From positions 90,770,001 through 90,834,000 of the forward strand of contig CM052817.1 in the NCBI GenBank assembly GCA_028534125.1: 64,000 nucleotides of DNA, given 5' to 3'. Origin of the DNA: Lama glama. Taxonomy: Eukaryota. Made by a program: the position numbers and the translations under genes. Of the stretch, positions 27,215 through 40,289 are shown in pieces; position 1 is the stretch's first letter; each line of letters opens with the position of its first letter. The notes below the pieces were generated by a model. That model was not told the origin of the DNA. It made no database searches and saw nothing but the letters and a program-made list of their open reading frames with translations.

Positions 27215-27437
27215 CAGCTGATCCTTGAACAACATCATAGGTTTGAACTGTGTGGGTCCACTTACATGCAGATTTTTCTCTGTAGTAAATACTACATACA
27301 CTACGACAGAACCCAAGGCTGGCTGAATACCAGGATGAGGAACCACAGACAGAGAGGGTCAACTATAAAGTTACACACAGATTTTTGACTGCTCAGAGAT
27401 CAGCGCCCTGGCCCCCATGTTGTTCAAGGGTCAACTG
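27215..27437. mobile_element. Tigger-family (TcMar) MITE
   Basis: TIRs cagctgatccttgaacaaca (27215-27234) and tgttgttcaagggtcaactg (27418-27437). TA follows the right TIR; CA precedes the left. Confidence 0.9.
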
Positions 27438-27565
27438 TACACACATTTTTACAGCCATTACCTGAACTTGTGTGAATTAACTGGAATTCACCCTTCTTTC
27501 CCCTATTCTAATTACACACCTCAGAAAAACATCATGTGTTAGAGGGAAGGAAAGAAAGAAAAAAA

Positions 27566-28657
27566 GCATTTGTGAATTTTTGAACGATTGCCATTGTGAC
27601 TGGTGTGAGGTGGTACCTCATCATAGTTTTGATTTGCATTTCTCTGATAATTAGTGATATTGAGCATTTTTTCATATGCCTATTGATCATTTGTATTTCT
27701 TCCTTGGAGAATTGCTTGTTTAGGTCTTCTGCCCATTTTTGGATTGGGTTGTTTGTTTTTTTCTTATTAAGTCATATGAGCTGCTTATATATTCTGGAGA
27801 TCAAGCCTTTGTCAGTTTCATTTGCAAAAATTTTCTCCCATTCTGTAGGTTGTCTTTTTTTTTTTCTTATGGTTTCCTTTGCTGGCAGAAGCTTGTGAAA
27901 ATCCACAAATGACAAATGCTGGAGAGGCTGTGGAGAAAAGGGAACCCTCCTGCACTGCTGGTGGGTATGCAGTTTGGTGCAGCCACTGTGGAAAACAATG
28001 TGGAGATTCCTCAAAAGACTAGGAATAGACTTACCATATGATCCAGGAATCTGGCTCCTGGGCATATAACCAGAAGGAACCCTACTTCAAAAAGGCACCT
28101 GCACCCCAGTGTTCATAGCAGCACTATTTTCAATAGCCGAGACATGGAAACAGCCTAAATGTCTATCAACCATGACTGGATAAAGAAGATCTGGTATATT
28201 TATACAATGGAAAACTACTCAGCCATAAAAACTGACAACATAACACCATTTGTAGCAACATGGATGCTCCTGGAGAATGTCATTCTAAGTGAAGTAAGCC
28301 AGAAAGAGAAAGAAAAATACCACATGAGATCACTCATATATGGAATCTAAAACAAAAACAAAAACAAAACAAAAGCATAAATACAGAACAGAAATAGACT
28401 CATAGACATAGAATACAGACTCGTGGTTGCCAAGGGGGTGGGTGGTGGGAAAGGATAGACTGGGATTTCAAAATTGTAGAACAGATAAACAAGATTATAC
28501 TGTATAGCACAGGGAAATATATACAAGAGCTTATGGTAGCTCACAGAGAAAAAAATGTGACAATGAATATATCTACGTTCATGTATAACTGAAAAATTGT
28601 GCTCTACACTGGAATTTGACACATAGTAAAATGATTATAAATCAATAAAAAATGTTA
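27566..28657 (+). mobile_element. Young L1, 5'-truncated with a 5' inversion
   Basis: Antisense ORF2 piece at about 27568-27896 (reverse translation includes [20 protein letters not shown]). Sense ORF2 C-terminus and 3' UTR start at about 27897. 15-bp TSD aaagaaagaaaaaaa at 27551-27565 and 28658-28672. Confidence 0.93.
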
Positions 28658-29944
28658 AAAGAAAGAAAAAAACAAGGAAGGAAGGAAGGAAGGAAAAGAA
28701 TAGAGTAATATAAATACAGTTACTCTAAACTTCAACTTGTATTTGCCTAGACTATTTTGCCAAGTGAATTTTAAAAAAAGAAAAAAATTACAGAACACAT
28801 TTAAGTCAACTTGCCCAAACTCCCCAATTTCAAATAAAGAAAATGAAGCCTGGAGATGTTAAGTACTTTGCACAAGACCACGTATCAAATTAGTAATAAA
28901 TATAAAGCCTATAAAATAGTAACCCTAAACACAGTCCTCAGGTACTTCTCCAATACAGCCTCCCTCATCTGGAGCAAGATTTAAGATGCTAAATCAATTA
29001 GAGTCTATAGATCAAGGTCAGAATAATAAAATACATTCAGAGTTGCTTGGGAAGGAAGATAAAAAGTTATCATTAATTGAAAATGTATACATATTTTATC
29101 ATCAAAACTCAAATTTATCTTTCAAGATTTCAAATAATGTATAAATGATTTATGAAGTACATAAAGACAAATTTATATCATTCCACTGAATTAATGAAAA
29201 ACTGAGAATCAATCACATTGCTTAATACAAAATACTATATAAAGTTTTGCAAATCTGCTATTTCCAAAGATAATTGGTATCTCTCTCAATTCTGAAAGAT
29301 AACACCATTCATATTCTTTTAAATTATTTACATTTACTTTCAGTGGGATCTCAAGTGAATTAGATTAAACAAAGATCATTGATTTTTATTCTTTTGGAAT
29401 TAATGGAAGACACTATTGCAAAATTCTTTGTTTTCATGGAGTGTTTGTTTTACATAGTGAAATTAGACTTACAAAAACAGAAGCTAAGTAGTAGCAATGG
29501 TCAAACTCTCTTGAAAGCTCTAATAATTTTTTATATTGATCAGGATATGAACCAACTAATAACCATGTAGTTTATTCAAACAACTTTGTCTTCATCCCAG
29601 AAACAGGCCATAAACAAATCTACTGCAAATCCATCCTTAGGAAGAAAGATTTCATTAAGAACATAAGTTTCAGGGCTTTATCCCCAGCAACTCTGTCCTA
29701 TTTAAATATCCTCCATCTTTTATCACCACAGCTATTAGCATCTGGCGCGATTTATTCATTCATGAAATTTACTGATAGAACACAATTCCTTTCAGAGCTC
29801 AAATGGGATAAAAACAAACTTACAATCTATTCATTAGCAAGATTCTAGTCTTTAAGGAAGTACTCATGAGACAAGAGCATGGCACATTTAACTTGCTGAG
29901 AGACTGACTAGATGGACAACACAGTAGTTAACACTATTTATATG

Positions 29945-31130
29945 GTCTTTTTTCCCCAATATTTTATTATAAAATTTTTCAAACCTTTCAAGTAAGCTTG
30001 AAAGAATTGTATGATATTCACCTATACTTTACCATCTAGGCTCTATAGTTGTTCATTTGTCTTCATAATTGTCTTATCACATATCTAGCCAGCTATCCAT
30101 CCATAAAACTTACCAAAAAGTAAGTTTACTTTTTGATGTATTTCAAAGTTCATTGTAGATACCATTACCCATTACTCGAAAACTTTTCAATACAGTTTTT
30201 TTTTTTACTCTGGGGTTTTAAGTTAAAATTTTATGTTCTGTGAAATGGAAATGCACAAATCTTAAGTTCACCATTAGAGAAGTTGTGAGAAATGTAACCC
30301 AAGTAACCAAAATCACTATCCATCACCTCAGTAAGTTCCCTCATGCTGCTTCCCAGTCAATTTCTACCCTATATACACAGAGGCAACCACTGTTCTTTTT
30401 CATCACAGATTAGTTTTACCTAACATAGATCATCACATAAATGGAATAATACAGTATTCACTCTTGTGTAGGGTTCTTTTACGCAGCATGACATCACTTT
30501 ACGCATCAAAAGTGCATTTCTTTGTTTGGGATTAATGGACAGAAACTACTGTATATAAAATAGAAAAACAACAAGGTCCTACTGTACAGCACAGAGAACT
30601 ATATTCAATACCTTGTAATTAACTATAATGGGAAAGAATCTGAAAAACAATATGTGTGTGTATATATATATATATGAATCTGAATCACTATGCTTTACAC
30701 CAGAAACTAAGACGACATTGTAAACCAACTATAGTTCAATAGAAAATAAAAATTAAAAGGAAAAAAGAAGTGCATTCCTTTACATTCCACTGTATTTTTA
30801 TAATATCCAATTGCCTTCTGATGGCTAGTTCAGATACCATTCTAATATTCTAATTCTAATATTCTAATATTTCTATTAGAAATAGCCATGAGCTATTCCT
30901 TCACATTCTTATATGTCCTTTTTGTGAATGGATGCTTCATTTCTTCTGGGTAAACTACCAGAAGTGAAACTGCTGGGTCATTCACAAATATATGTTTAAT
31001 TTGTTTAAGGGAAAAAAAAAAAACTTCCAGAACTGTTTTCCAAAGTGACAGTACCATTTTACATAGGCTCCAATAACATAAGAGTGTTCTGATTTATCCA
31101 CATCCTTATCAACACGATGTTGTCACACGG
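29945..31130 (-). mobile_element. Ancient L1 (L1MC/L1ME-like) 3' region, interrupted by a younger L1
   Basis: 'agaggcaaccactgttct', 'cacataaatggaataatacagta', 'gaagtgaaactgctgggtca', 'ttccagaactgttttccaaagtg'. Confidence 0.75.
30524..30767 (+). mobile_element. Short L1 3' UTR insertion (artiodactyl-type end)
   Basis: 'aacaacaaggtcctactgtacagcacagagaactatattcaata...caccagaaactaagacgacattgtaaaccaactatag'. 14-bp TSD aagtgcatt(t/c)cttt at 30510-30523 and 30768-30781. Confidence 0.9.
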
Positions 31131-31769
31131 TCTTTTAAAAATGCAACTAAATAGATCATAGTTTCTTTTAAATATGGCACATCATAGCACCTTTTCCTAG
31201 ATAGTTTCATGAGATATAATTGGGTTGAAAAGGTTCGGTGTTAAGATAAAACTATGGTAACCACATGCAGTAGTTTCACTAAGTATCAAAGTAACTGGGT
31301 CATATAAGCAAAGGCATCTCAACTTTTCTGAGAGTCTAAATGCCTTCCCTCTCTCAACTGCAGCTCCTTGAAGATCAGTTTTTTATTATTCCTTGTAACC
31401 CTAATTCTCCAAAAATGTCTGTTGAATTGATTTCAGCAGTATATAGAAATCATGGCTGGGTTAAATACAGATGCAAAGTTCCATGAGAGAAACAGGTCTG
31501 CGGGGCCCCAGTATCTTTGCAGTGTCCAGTGTAAAATCCTCAGTAAGGATTTTCTCATGAATAAAGTACTATCTGACAGATACCCCTAACCATTCTTCCT
31601 CCAACTCTCTCATTTACTAGAAACATGGTGACAGCTTCTCAAGGTTTCTTTGAAGATTGACATAACATATGTAAAAAGTATCTAACACAATGTCAGGGAC
31701 TTACTACACACTTGGCAAGTGACTTCTTGAGCTGCTTTTCATAATCCTACCCTGAGGTCTAACTTGGTT

Positions 31770-32720
31770 TCCTTTCTTTCCTGCTTACATACTCTTTACT
31801 TCTGAAATCTCATTCAATCTCATAGCTTCCGTTCTCATGATTAACCCTGATGTCACTTCTAGTGCTGTGTTCCTGAAAGACTGCTGGACATCATATCTAC
31901 ACTGGATGGTAAAACTCACCACGTTTTCAAACTCCATGTGTCTAAAACCAAATGCACTCATCTTGTTTCTAATGGAACCACCACACACCCAAGCAATTCC
32001 TAAACATCCTTGACATTTTCCCTTCCCTCTCCCCGTCCCTTCCTCCCCTCTTTCCTCCTCCAGCCCTCTCCCCTCCTCCTCCTTCTCCTTCTTCTTCAGA
32101 CATTTGTTGTCAAAACCAGTGAACTCTCCCTATTGTGACATACATTTATATTTTATTCCCTTCCCTCTTCCATCCCAAATGCCAATACTCTAATTCAAAT
32201 CATTACCTACCTCTGAACTGTAGTAATGAAATGGCACCCCAACGAAGTTCCCAGTCCCCAGTCTCTCCCTATCTTTAATCCATTTGGCAGTTTGCCACAA
32301 TCTCCTTAGAGCATTGCTAAAATCATTTGCTCAGCCCTCAAAAACCTCCCATGGTTTCCCATTGCCTGTGGAATAAATTCAGATCACTTCAACCAACATT
32401 CAGATTCTCCTCCCCACCCAACGCTTGCAATTTCATTTCCCCCTACTCTCTTAAACCTTAGTCAAAAAACATCAGAAGCTGTTGCCCATAAATGATCTAT
32501 CACTCCGTCACATCATAACTACTAACATTGGCACTGGTGCCAGAAATGCATCTTCCCTTATCTCCAGCCTAAATTCTACCCTTCACTCCAGACCTACAGA
32601 AAACGTCATAAATCCTTCCATGAACCACTAATGAAACAACCTCATTTTTCTCTTGCCCAAGTTCATACTGTATTTATGCTTGGATTATGGTATTTATCCT
32701 GTCCTGTCTTATGTAAAGAG
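31770..32720 (+). mobile_element. L2 LINE fragments
   Basis: 'ctgctggacatc', 'caaactccatgtgtctaaaaccaaa', 'aaaaacctcccatggtttcccattgcctgtggaataaattc'. Confidence 0.7.
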
Positions 32721-34099
32721 CTGTATGCCACTGACTCCCTAAATGGTGAGGTTGGCCAGTACAGTGAACCTCTATATGCTTTAGAGTCAAGCAGTCAGAG
32801 GTCCAAGTCCTAACTCAGCTACTCACTAGCTAACTGGCCTTAAGCAAGGTAGTTAACTTTAGGCATATTATCTATAAAAGCAGGGATACATTTAACTTCA
32901 CCTGTAATTGTAAAGCTTAATTGTGCATATCAAGTGTGTACTACAAAGCTGACATTCAGAGAGTAGCAGCTATTTTTTCCAAGTTTCACATGTGCCAGTG
33001 ATTTCACAAGTTAATCTCACTCAGCGCTCACAGCAATGCCATCAAATAGGCTTAATGCATTTAGCATTTGAAGAAGCTGGGACCAAGTCTCATGCATAGA
33101 AAGGGACAGATGGACAGCCTGCTCTCTATTCATTTTATATTCCTCATTAGCAACACGCCATGTACATAATACATACTCAGTTAACAACAAGAACAACAAC
33201 AACAAAAAACAGTGAGCAAGTGCTCTGAAGTGTTCAGAAACAAACAAGAAAAATTTACTGATCAAAATCAAGTAAGAAAGTAGCTAACCTAGTAAATCTA
33301 TCACAGTTAACGTTTTACGTTACATTTCTTTATGATGTGAAAAAAATCAGGACATGTATTTAGAAGTGATTCTAAATTTGGAAGTTGGCCTGAGAAAAGA
33401 GGACAGAAATAGTGAAATAATATCCCGCTGTAGACAAAGCAAACTTAATTTATCTTACGTAAGATAATCCAAAACACCTGGAAGGTAGTAATGACCAAAA
33501 AAAGACCTGGAGAAAAGAAAGGATAACAGATGATAAATGGGATTGCATTACAGCAGAGAAACAGGAGAGGATAAAAAAAAAAAAAGTCTAATGTATTTTG
33601 CCGTAAGCTCAGTGGAATCATGATACTGAACAGAATTTCACCTAGAAAGCTCTGGTCAGTTCGAGATATCATGGTATGTAATAGTTGTAAAACACTGGAG
33701 GCAATTCCAAGGAAGGTAATAAAAGTGAGCCCAAGAAGAGTTGGATGTGGGCTGAATCCACACGATGCTTCTGTGCACAAGTGGACTGTAAAACGCAGTC
33801 CAAGCCGTTTACGTCCATTAACACAGCAGCAGAGAACAGATCAGCTTGAAGAATCAGTTTTGCGAACGTCTACATTTCTGCACAGAAACTTATTACATCC
33901 TTGAAAAATCAGTTGACAGTCTTCAGAACTAAAAAACTAGAGGAAATGGGCCACTTTTCAGTCTTCTCTAGATACAGGACAAGTAAGCTCAGATTTTGTT
34001 TCCAATGAAAGTTTTATCTGCACACTAGCAGTGGGCCAAGTGGGCAAATTAACATTACCAAGGAGAGGGTGAGCATCTGGCTAACAAGGAGGTATCGTC

Positions 34100-34325
34100 C
34101 TCTAACAGTCAAGAGACTGGGTTCTCCAACTACGTGCCTGCGTTCAAATCCCAGCTCTGCTAAACATTTAGCTATGTTAGCCTTGGGCAAACTACTCAAC
34201 TTTGCTAAAACTCAGTTTATTCGAACAGATCTAATAATAGCACTGACCACTGAGGGAGGTAATAAAGATTAAATGAACTAATATAGCTGGTGCATGTAGA
34301 TAGTATTCATTAAGTGTTAGTTATT
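34100..34325 (+). mobile_element. MIR SINE
   Basis: 'cctgcgttcaaatcccagctctgct...ccttgggcaaactactcaac...aaagattaaatga'. Confidence 0.85.
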
Positions 34326-34394
34326 ACGTGTTTTTAAAGAGCAGGCTTGAAATCAAATGATAAAGGGAAGATTAGAGGAAACTGTCAAAATTTA

Positions 34395-34592
34395 CAGTCA
34401 GAAATTTGGGGATCAAATTGGAGTCTTAAGACTTACTGGATGTGTGACCTATGAAGTGTCCTTGCTCTCTGTGCCTCAGTTTCCTCAGATGTGATAATCC
34501 TTCTATTATTATCAAATTATTTTTATGATGATCAAATTATATAAAAGAAGGAAGGCTATAAAAGACTATGTAAATGTTAGTTTATTATTATT
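34395..34592 (+). mobile_element. MIR SINE
   Basis: 'acttactggatgtgtgacct...ctctctgtgcctcagtttcctcagatgtga'. Confidence 0.75.
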
Positions 34593-35749
34593 TTCAGCAC
34601 ACATGCTGTCAGTGCATGCTGCTCGATAGATGTTTAGTAAATGCTCATGTCACATGAATCTCATGACAAATAAACTGTTTTGCGGTACTTACCTAAGGAA
34701 TCGTTTTCAGATGATTATTCAGCAAATAGAAGAGGAGAGAAGAATTCTCACAGCCAACATAAAACAATCCATTTGAGGGTTTAAATTACTGATTGGTATG
34801 TTTTAATTTTCCAGATAAATATCTCAAATTTCACTTTTGCATATATATAATTTAAAAAAGATATATATAATAAAATATTTTAAAATTAAGGTATTTCTCA
34901 ATAAGAAACGCAAAACAATATGTACTTACTAAATTCAAATTATATCCAACATATTTGATATCAAGCTACCAAATCATAAATTTTCGCCATTTCTAAGGTA
35001 ACATCAACAGACAACATCCAAAAAGTATTTAAGTCAACAGATTCAATTCACTTCTCTACAGACCTATTCTGGAACTAACTGCAAAGAGAAAAATGGAATA
35101 ATTTTTTAAGAATCATCTCTGCTATGGAATATTTTTTTAAAAAGATATTTCTTGAGGTACAGCAAAAGAATTTTTTGACACCAAGTCACTCCTTGCTTCC
35201 TGATTTCTCCAAGAACAGACTGGAAATGTGAAAAGATGAAAGGACTGACATAAATCCACAACTGACACGTTCTTTAAGGCAGTTGTGGGAGGAAGAAAAG
35301 CAGGTACATGTGAGCAGAGTACTGTCTTGATGATGAATTATATACTTTGGTTGGTAACTGAAGTGAATTGATCATCCATCAGTTAACTTCATAAAACAGA
35401 CTTAAGTATATTTTCCTAACATGAGTATCTAAGCATCTGATTCAGTGGAAAATATCCCTTGAAATTAGTATTTCTTTTCAAATTTTCAATCTTTATCACT
35501 TCTCTTGGTAATAGAAAACATTTATTTCTTTTCTAACTTTTAGCCCTAATATTATTAAGACATTAAAGTTATCAATTATTAAAAACAGTAAAAATAACAC
35601 TGAAAACATTTGTTGACTGTATACTACATACTAGACAATTGTAGTATAGCTTTTAACACAAACATGGCATTTTTGGGTTTATTAGCACATTTGATCCTTG
35701 TAACAATTATATAAAAAAAAGATATCAATGTTCCATTTTAAACTTGAAA

Positions 35750-35980
35750 AATCTCCAGAGCCAACTCCATATTTAATAGTAAAACTGTAACAGCATTCCT
35801 ATTAAAGTCATGAATAAAAGAATCCCTCTTTTCTTATTTTTTTTTGCGTGTGTAGCACCATTCTGAAATTTCTAGCTAATGAGGTATAAATGTTGCAAAG
35901 AAGACAAAAATTATCTGTATATGGCTTTACTGCTCAACATATAAAACTGAATAAAATTAACTTTAAAAACCTAAACAACA
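35750..35980 (+). mobile_element. Very degenerate L1 ORF2 (RT region) fragment
   Basis: 'agccaactccatatttaatagtaaaactgtaacagcattcctattaaagtca' resembles the ANIILNGEKLKAFPLRS-coding segment. Confidence 0.5.
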
Positions 35981-35988
35981 ACAAATAC

Positions 35989-36270
35989 TGTAGCAGTTAG
36001 GTCTGTGTTTTGGTAAATGATAAAATGACTGTAATAAACAATGGCTTAAATGGACAAAGATTACTCTCCTATAAGAGTATGGAGGTGGTTGACATTCTAC
36101 AAAATTATTAGGGAGGCAGCTTCTTCCAGCTTTCTACCCTGCAATCCCTAAGGAATATCCTCATGGCTCCTGAATCTAGCAATGCTGCACTCCAGCCAGA
36201 AAAAAGAAAGAAAAACAAAGGATATACACTCTCCCTTGAAGAACTACAGAATTTAGAAATTGGACTTGTC
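35989..36270 (-). mobile_element. MaLR (MLT1-type) LTR fragment
   Basis: 'aaacaatggcttaaa', 'gcttcttccagctttct', 'cactccagccaga' are typical of old MLT1 LTRs. Confidence 0.55.
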
Positions 36271-36271
36271 A

Positions 36272-39200
36272 TGTACGGCCTGTATTATGTTGAAGTACAT
36301 TCTCTCTACAAACACTTGCTTTGTTGAGAGTTTTTATCATAAGTGGATGTTGAGTCTATTTTCAGTCTTTTGAGGACTCACCATACTGTTTTCCATAACG
36401 GCTGCACCAAACTACATTCCCACCAACAGTGGGAAATCCACTCCTGGGCATACATCCAGAGGGAACCTTAATTCAAAGAGATATATGCAACCCAATGTTC
36501 ATAGCAGCACTATTTACAATAGCCAAGACATGGAAACAACCTAAATATCCATCAACAGATGACGGAACAAAAAAGTTGTGGTATATTTATACAGCAGAAT
36601 ACTACTCAGCCACCAGGAAGAATAAAATAATGTCATTTGCAACAACATGGATGGACTTGGAGATCGTCATTCTAAGTGAAATAAGCCAGAAAGAGAAAGA
36701 AAAATACCATATGATACCACTTATATATGGAATCTAAAAAAAGAAAAAAGACAAATGAACTTATTTGCAAAACAGATACAGACTCACAGATATAGAGAAT
36801 AAACTTGTGGTTACCAGAGGGGACGAGGGGTAGGAGCAGATAAATTGGGAGCTAGAGATTTGCAGATACTAACTGATATATAAAGAATAAACAACAAGTT
36901 CATGCTGTATAGCACAGGGGACTGTATTTGATATCTTGTAGTACCTTATGGTGAAAGAGAATATAAAAACACATATGTATATGTCTATGTATGACTGAAG
37001 CATTGTGCTATACATCAGAAATTGACACAACATTGTAAACTGACTATACTTCAATTACATATACACACACACACACACAAAGTGGATGTTGAATTTTGCC
37101 AAACACATTTTCTGAGATGGTCATATTTTTATCCTTCATTTTGTTAATATAGTGTGTAACATTGACTAATTTATGGATGTTGAGCTATCCTTGTATCCTC
37201 AGAATAAATCCAACATGATCATGGTATATGATTCTTTTAATGTATTGTTGAAATCAGTTTGCCAATATTTTGGTGAGGATTTTTGCATCTACGTTCATCG
37301 GGGTTATTGGCCTGCAATTTTCTTGTGGAATTCTTGCCTGGTTTTGATATCAGGGTAATACCATCTTTGTAAAATGAGTTTGGAAGATTTCCCTCCTCTT
37401 CTATTTTTGGAAGAGTTTGAGAAGGACTGGTATCAATTCTTCTTTAAATGTTTGGTAGAATTCACCAGTGAAGTCATCTGGTCTTAAACTTCTGTTTGTT
37501 GGGAGGTGTTTGATTACTGATTCAATCTCCTTGTTAGTAATTGGTTTGTTCAGATTTTCCACTTCATCAATATTCAGTCTTGGTAGGTGGTCTTGTGTGT
37601 TTATAGGAATTTATCCATTTCTAAGAGGCTGTCCGATTTGTTGATGTATAATTGTTCACAGTAGTCTCTTATGATCCTTTTGATCCTTTGTATTTCTGTG
37701 TTATCAGCTGCAATATCGTCTCTTTCATTAATGATTGTATTTATTTTAGTCTTTTCTCTTTTTTTCTTGGTGAGTCAAGCTTAAGGCTTGTCAATTTTGT
37801 TTATCTTCCACAGACCCAGTTCTTAGTTTCAGTGATCTTCTCTAATTTTTTAGTCTCTATTTATTTATGTTCTAATCTTTGTTATTTCCTTCCTTCTACT
37901 AACTTTGAGCTTCATTTGGTTCTTTTTCTAGTTCCTTGAGGTGTCAAATTAGGTTATTTGAGACTATTCTTGTTTCTTGAGGTAGGTATTTATCACTATG
38001 AACTTCCTTCTTAAGGAACTGTTTCTGTTGCATTCCATAAATTTTGGTATATTTCCATTTTTGTTTGTCTCAAGGCAATTTTTATTTATTTTTTGATTTC
38101 TTCTTTGTCCCACTGGTTGTTCAACTGCATGTTGTCTAATTTCCATGTATTTCTAGTTTTCTTCATGTAATTAATTTCTAGTTTTCTACCACTGTGGTCC
38201 AGAAAGATGCTTGTTATGATTTTAATCTTCTAAAATTTATTAAGATTTTTTTTGGCTTAACATATGATTTATCCTGGAAAATGTCCCATGTGCACTTGAG
38301 AAAAAATGTATATTCTGTTGCTTTTGGATGAAATGTTCCAATTCATGCAATCTAGAGGAAGAAGAACAAGGCTAGAGGTAACACACTCCCTGATTTCACA
38401 CTATATTACAAACCTATAGTCATTAAAACAGTATGGTATTAGCATAAAAACAGACACAGGGGTCAATAAAACATAATAGAGACCAGACATAAATCCATAC
38501 ATATATGGTCAATTAATTTACAAGAAAGGAGCCAAAAATATACAATGGGGAATAGTATTGGGAAAACTGGATGCAACATGTAAAAGAATAAAACTTAACC
38601 ACCATCTTACAAGATAAACAAAAACTAACTCAAAATGAACTAGAGTTAAATATAAGATCTGAAATCATAAAACTCCTAAAAGAAAACAGAGGCAATTAGC
38701 TCCCTGACACAGGTCTCACTGATAATATTTTGAATCTGACACCAAAAACAGAAGCAAAAATAAACAAGCGGGACTACATCAAACTAAAAAGCTTCTGCAC
38801 AGCAAAGAAAATCATCAACAAAATGAAAAGGCAGCCTAATGAATGAGATGAGAATATTTGCAAATCGCATATCTCACAAGTGGCTAATATCCAAAATATA
38901 TAAATAACTCATATAACTCAACGGCAAAAAAACAAAACAAACAACAAACAATACAACAAAAAAATGGGCAGAAAATCTAAATAAACATTCTTCAAAGAAG
39001 ATATATATATGTACATACAAAACAGGTACATGAAATGATGGTCAACATCATTAATTACCCAGAAAATGCAAATCAAAACCACAATGAACTATCACCTTAC
39101 ACTTGTTAGAATGATTATTATAAAACAAATAACAAATGTTGGCAAGGATGTGGGACAAAAGGGAACCCTTGTGAATTGTTGGTGGGAATGTAAATTGCTG

Positions 39201-39710
39201 CAACCACTGTGGAAAACAATGTGGAAGTTCCTCAAAAAGTGAAAAAGTACAACTACCATATAATCCAGCAATTCCAATTCTGGGTATTTGTCTGAGAAAA
39301 AAACAAAAACACTAATTTTAAAAGACATATGCACCACAATGTTCACTGCAGCATTATTTGCAATAGCTAAGATATGAAAGCAACCTAAGTGTACATCGAT
39401 AGATGAATGGATAAAACAATGTGATATATATATAGACACATGCACGCACAGACACACAATGGAATATTAGTCATAAAAAAGAAATCTTGCCATTTGCAAA
39501 AACATGGCTGGACTTTGACAGCATTGTGCTAAGTGAATCTAAGTCAGACAGAGAAAAACAAATACTGTATGATCACTTTTATATGTGGAATCTACAAACA
39601 GCAAAAACAAGCTTATGGATACAGAGAACAGATTGATGGTGTCAGATGTGAAAGTGGGGGTGGGAAAAATGTGTGAAGGGGGTCAAAAAGCAAAAAGGAA
39701 AGAAAAAATT
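36272..39710 (+). mobile_element. Older L1 (L1MA-like) with a long inverted 5' segment
   Basis: Antisense ORF2 EN-to-RT sequence at 36272-38340, interrupted at 36354-37079. Sense ORF2 starts at about 38341 (gaagaacaaggctagaggtaacacactccctgatttc, KNKAxGxTLPDF) and runs to a 3' UTR with an A-rich end at about 39710. Confidence 0.85.
36354..37079 (+). mobile_element. Younger L1 with a short 5' inversion, nested in the older L1
   Basis: Antisense at 36354-36430, sense from about 36431. Perfect 13-bp TSD aagtggatgttga at 36341-36353 and 37080-37092. The tail is (CA)n. Confidence 0.93.
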
Positions 39711-40289
39711 TTCCCTAAAATGCTAAATTGTAGTCAATTTAACTATATGTCCCTGGGCTAGTTGCTCAGCTGCACAAAGACTGAATTTCCTTATATGTGA
39801 AATGAAAGTTCTGACAATATCCACACCAGAGTCTGTCAAGAGCACTGAATAAGAATCTATATGTGAAAGTCCTTTGTGAACTTTAAGAAATACATTATGA
39901 TTAGCGGTGTGTTTATTTACACAAGCCTTTGATCTTTGTGGACTAGGCAGGAGTTCAACTAGCAGAGAAGAGAAGTGCTGAGTCAGTATGTGGGAAAAAA
40001 TGATATGATATTTAAAAAAGAAGAAAGGGACAGTATTTATGGAACACAAATTAGAATCATAGAGGGCTACTTAATTTCAACATTCTGAGCACTGAATTTC
40101 CATTTAAAATAAATGTTATTGGTGTTGAATGTTTTCCTTCTTGGTGCATCAAATATATCCCAATTGCCGGAAATTCATTTTTAGCAAGATGTCATTTTCA
40201 ATAAAAATTAATGTTACCTCTGATAATTCCATGTTTGTTTTTCAAAACTGTCCAACAATCACATAATAAACAGTAAATCAATAAACAAA

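Noticed and set aside
27596..28622. ORFs resembling proteins (e.g. WIKKIWYIYTMENYSAIK)
   Set aside because: Sense and antisense fragments of truncated L1 ORF2 and 3' UTR, not host genes. The same applies to ORFs at 36429-39457, 40259-40892, 54298-55857 and 60040-62337.
30839..30875. Short (TTCTAATA)-like tandem repeat
   Set aside because: A local slippage duplication inside an old L1. It has no spacers and is not CRISPR-like.
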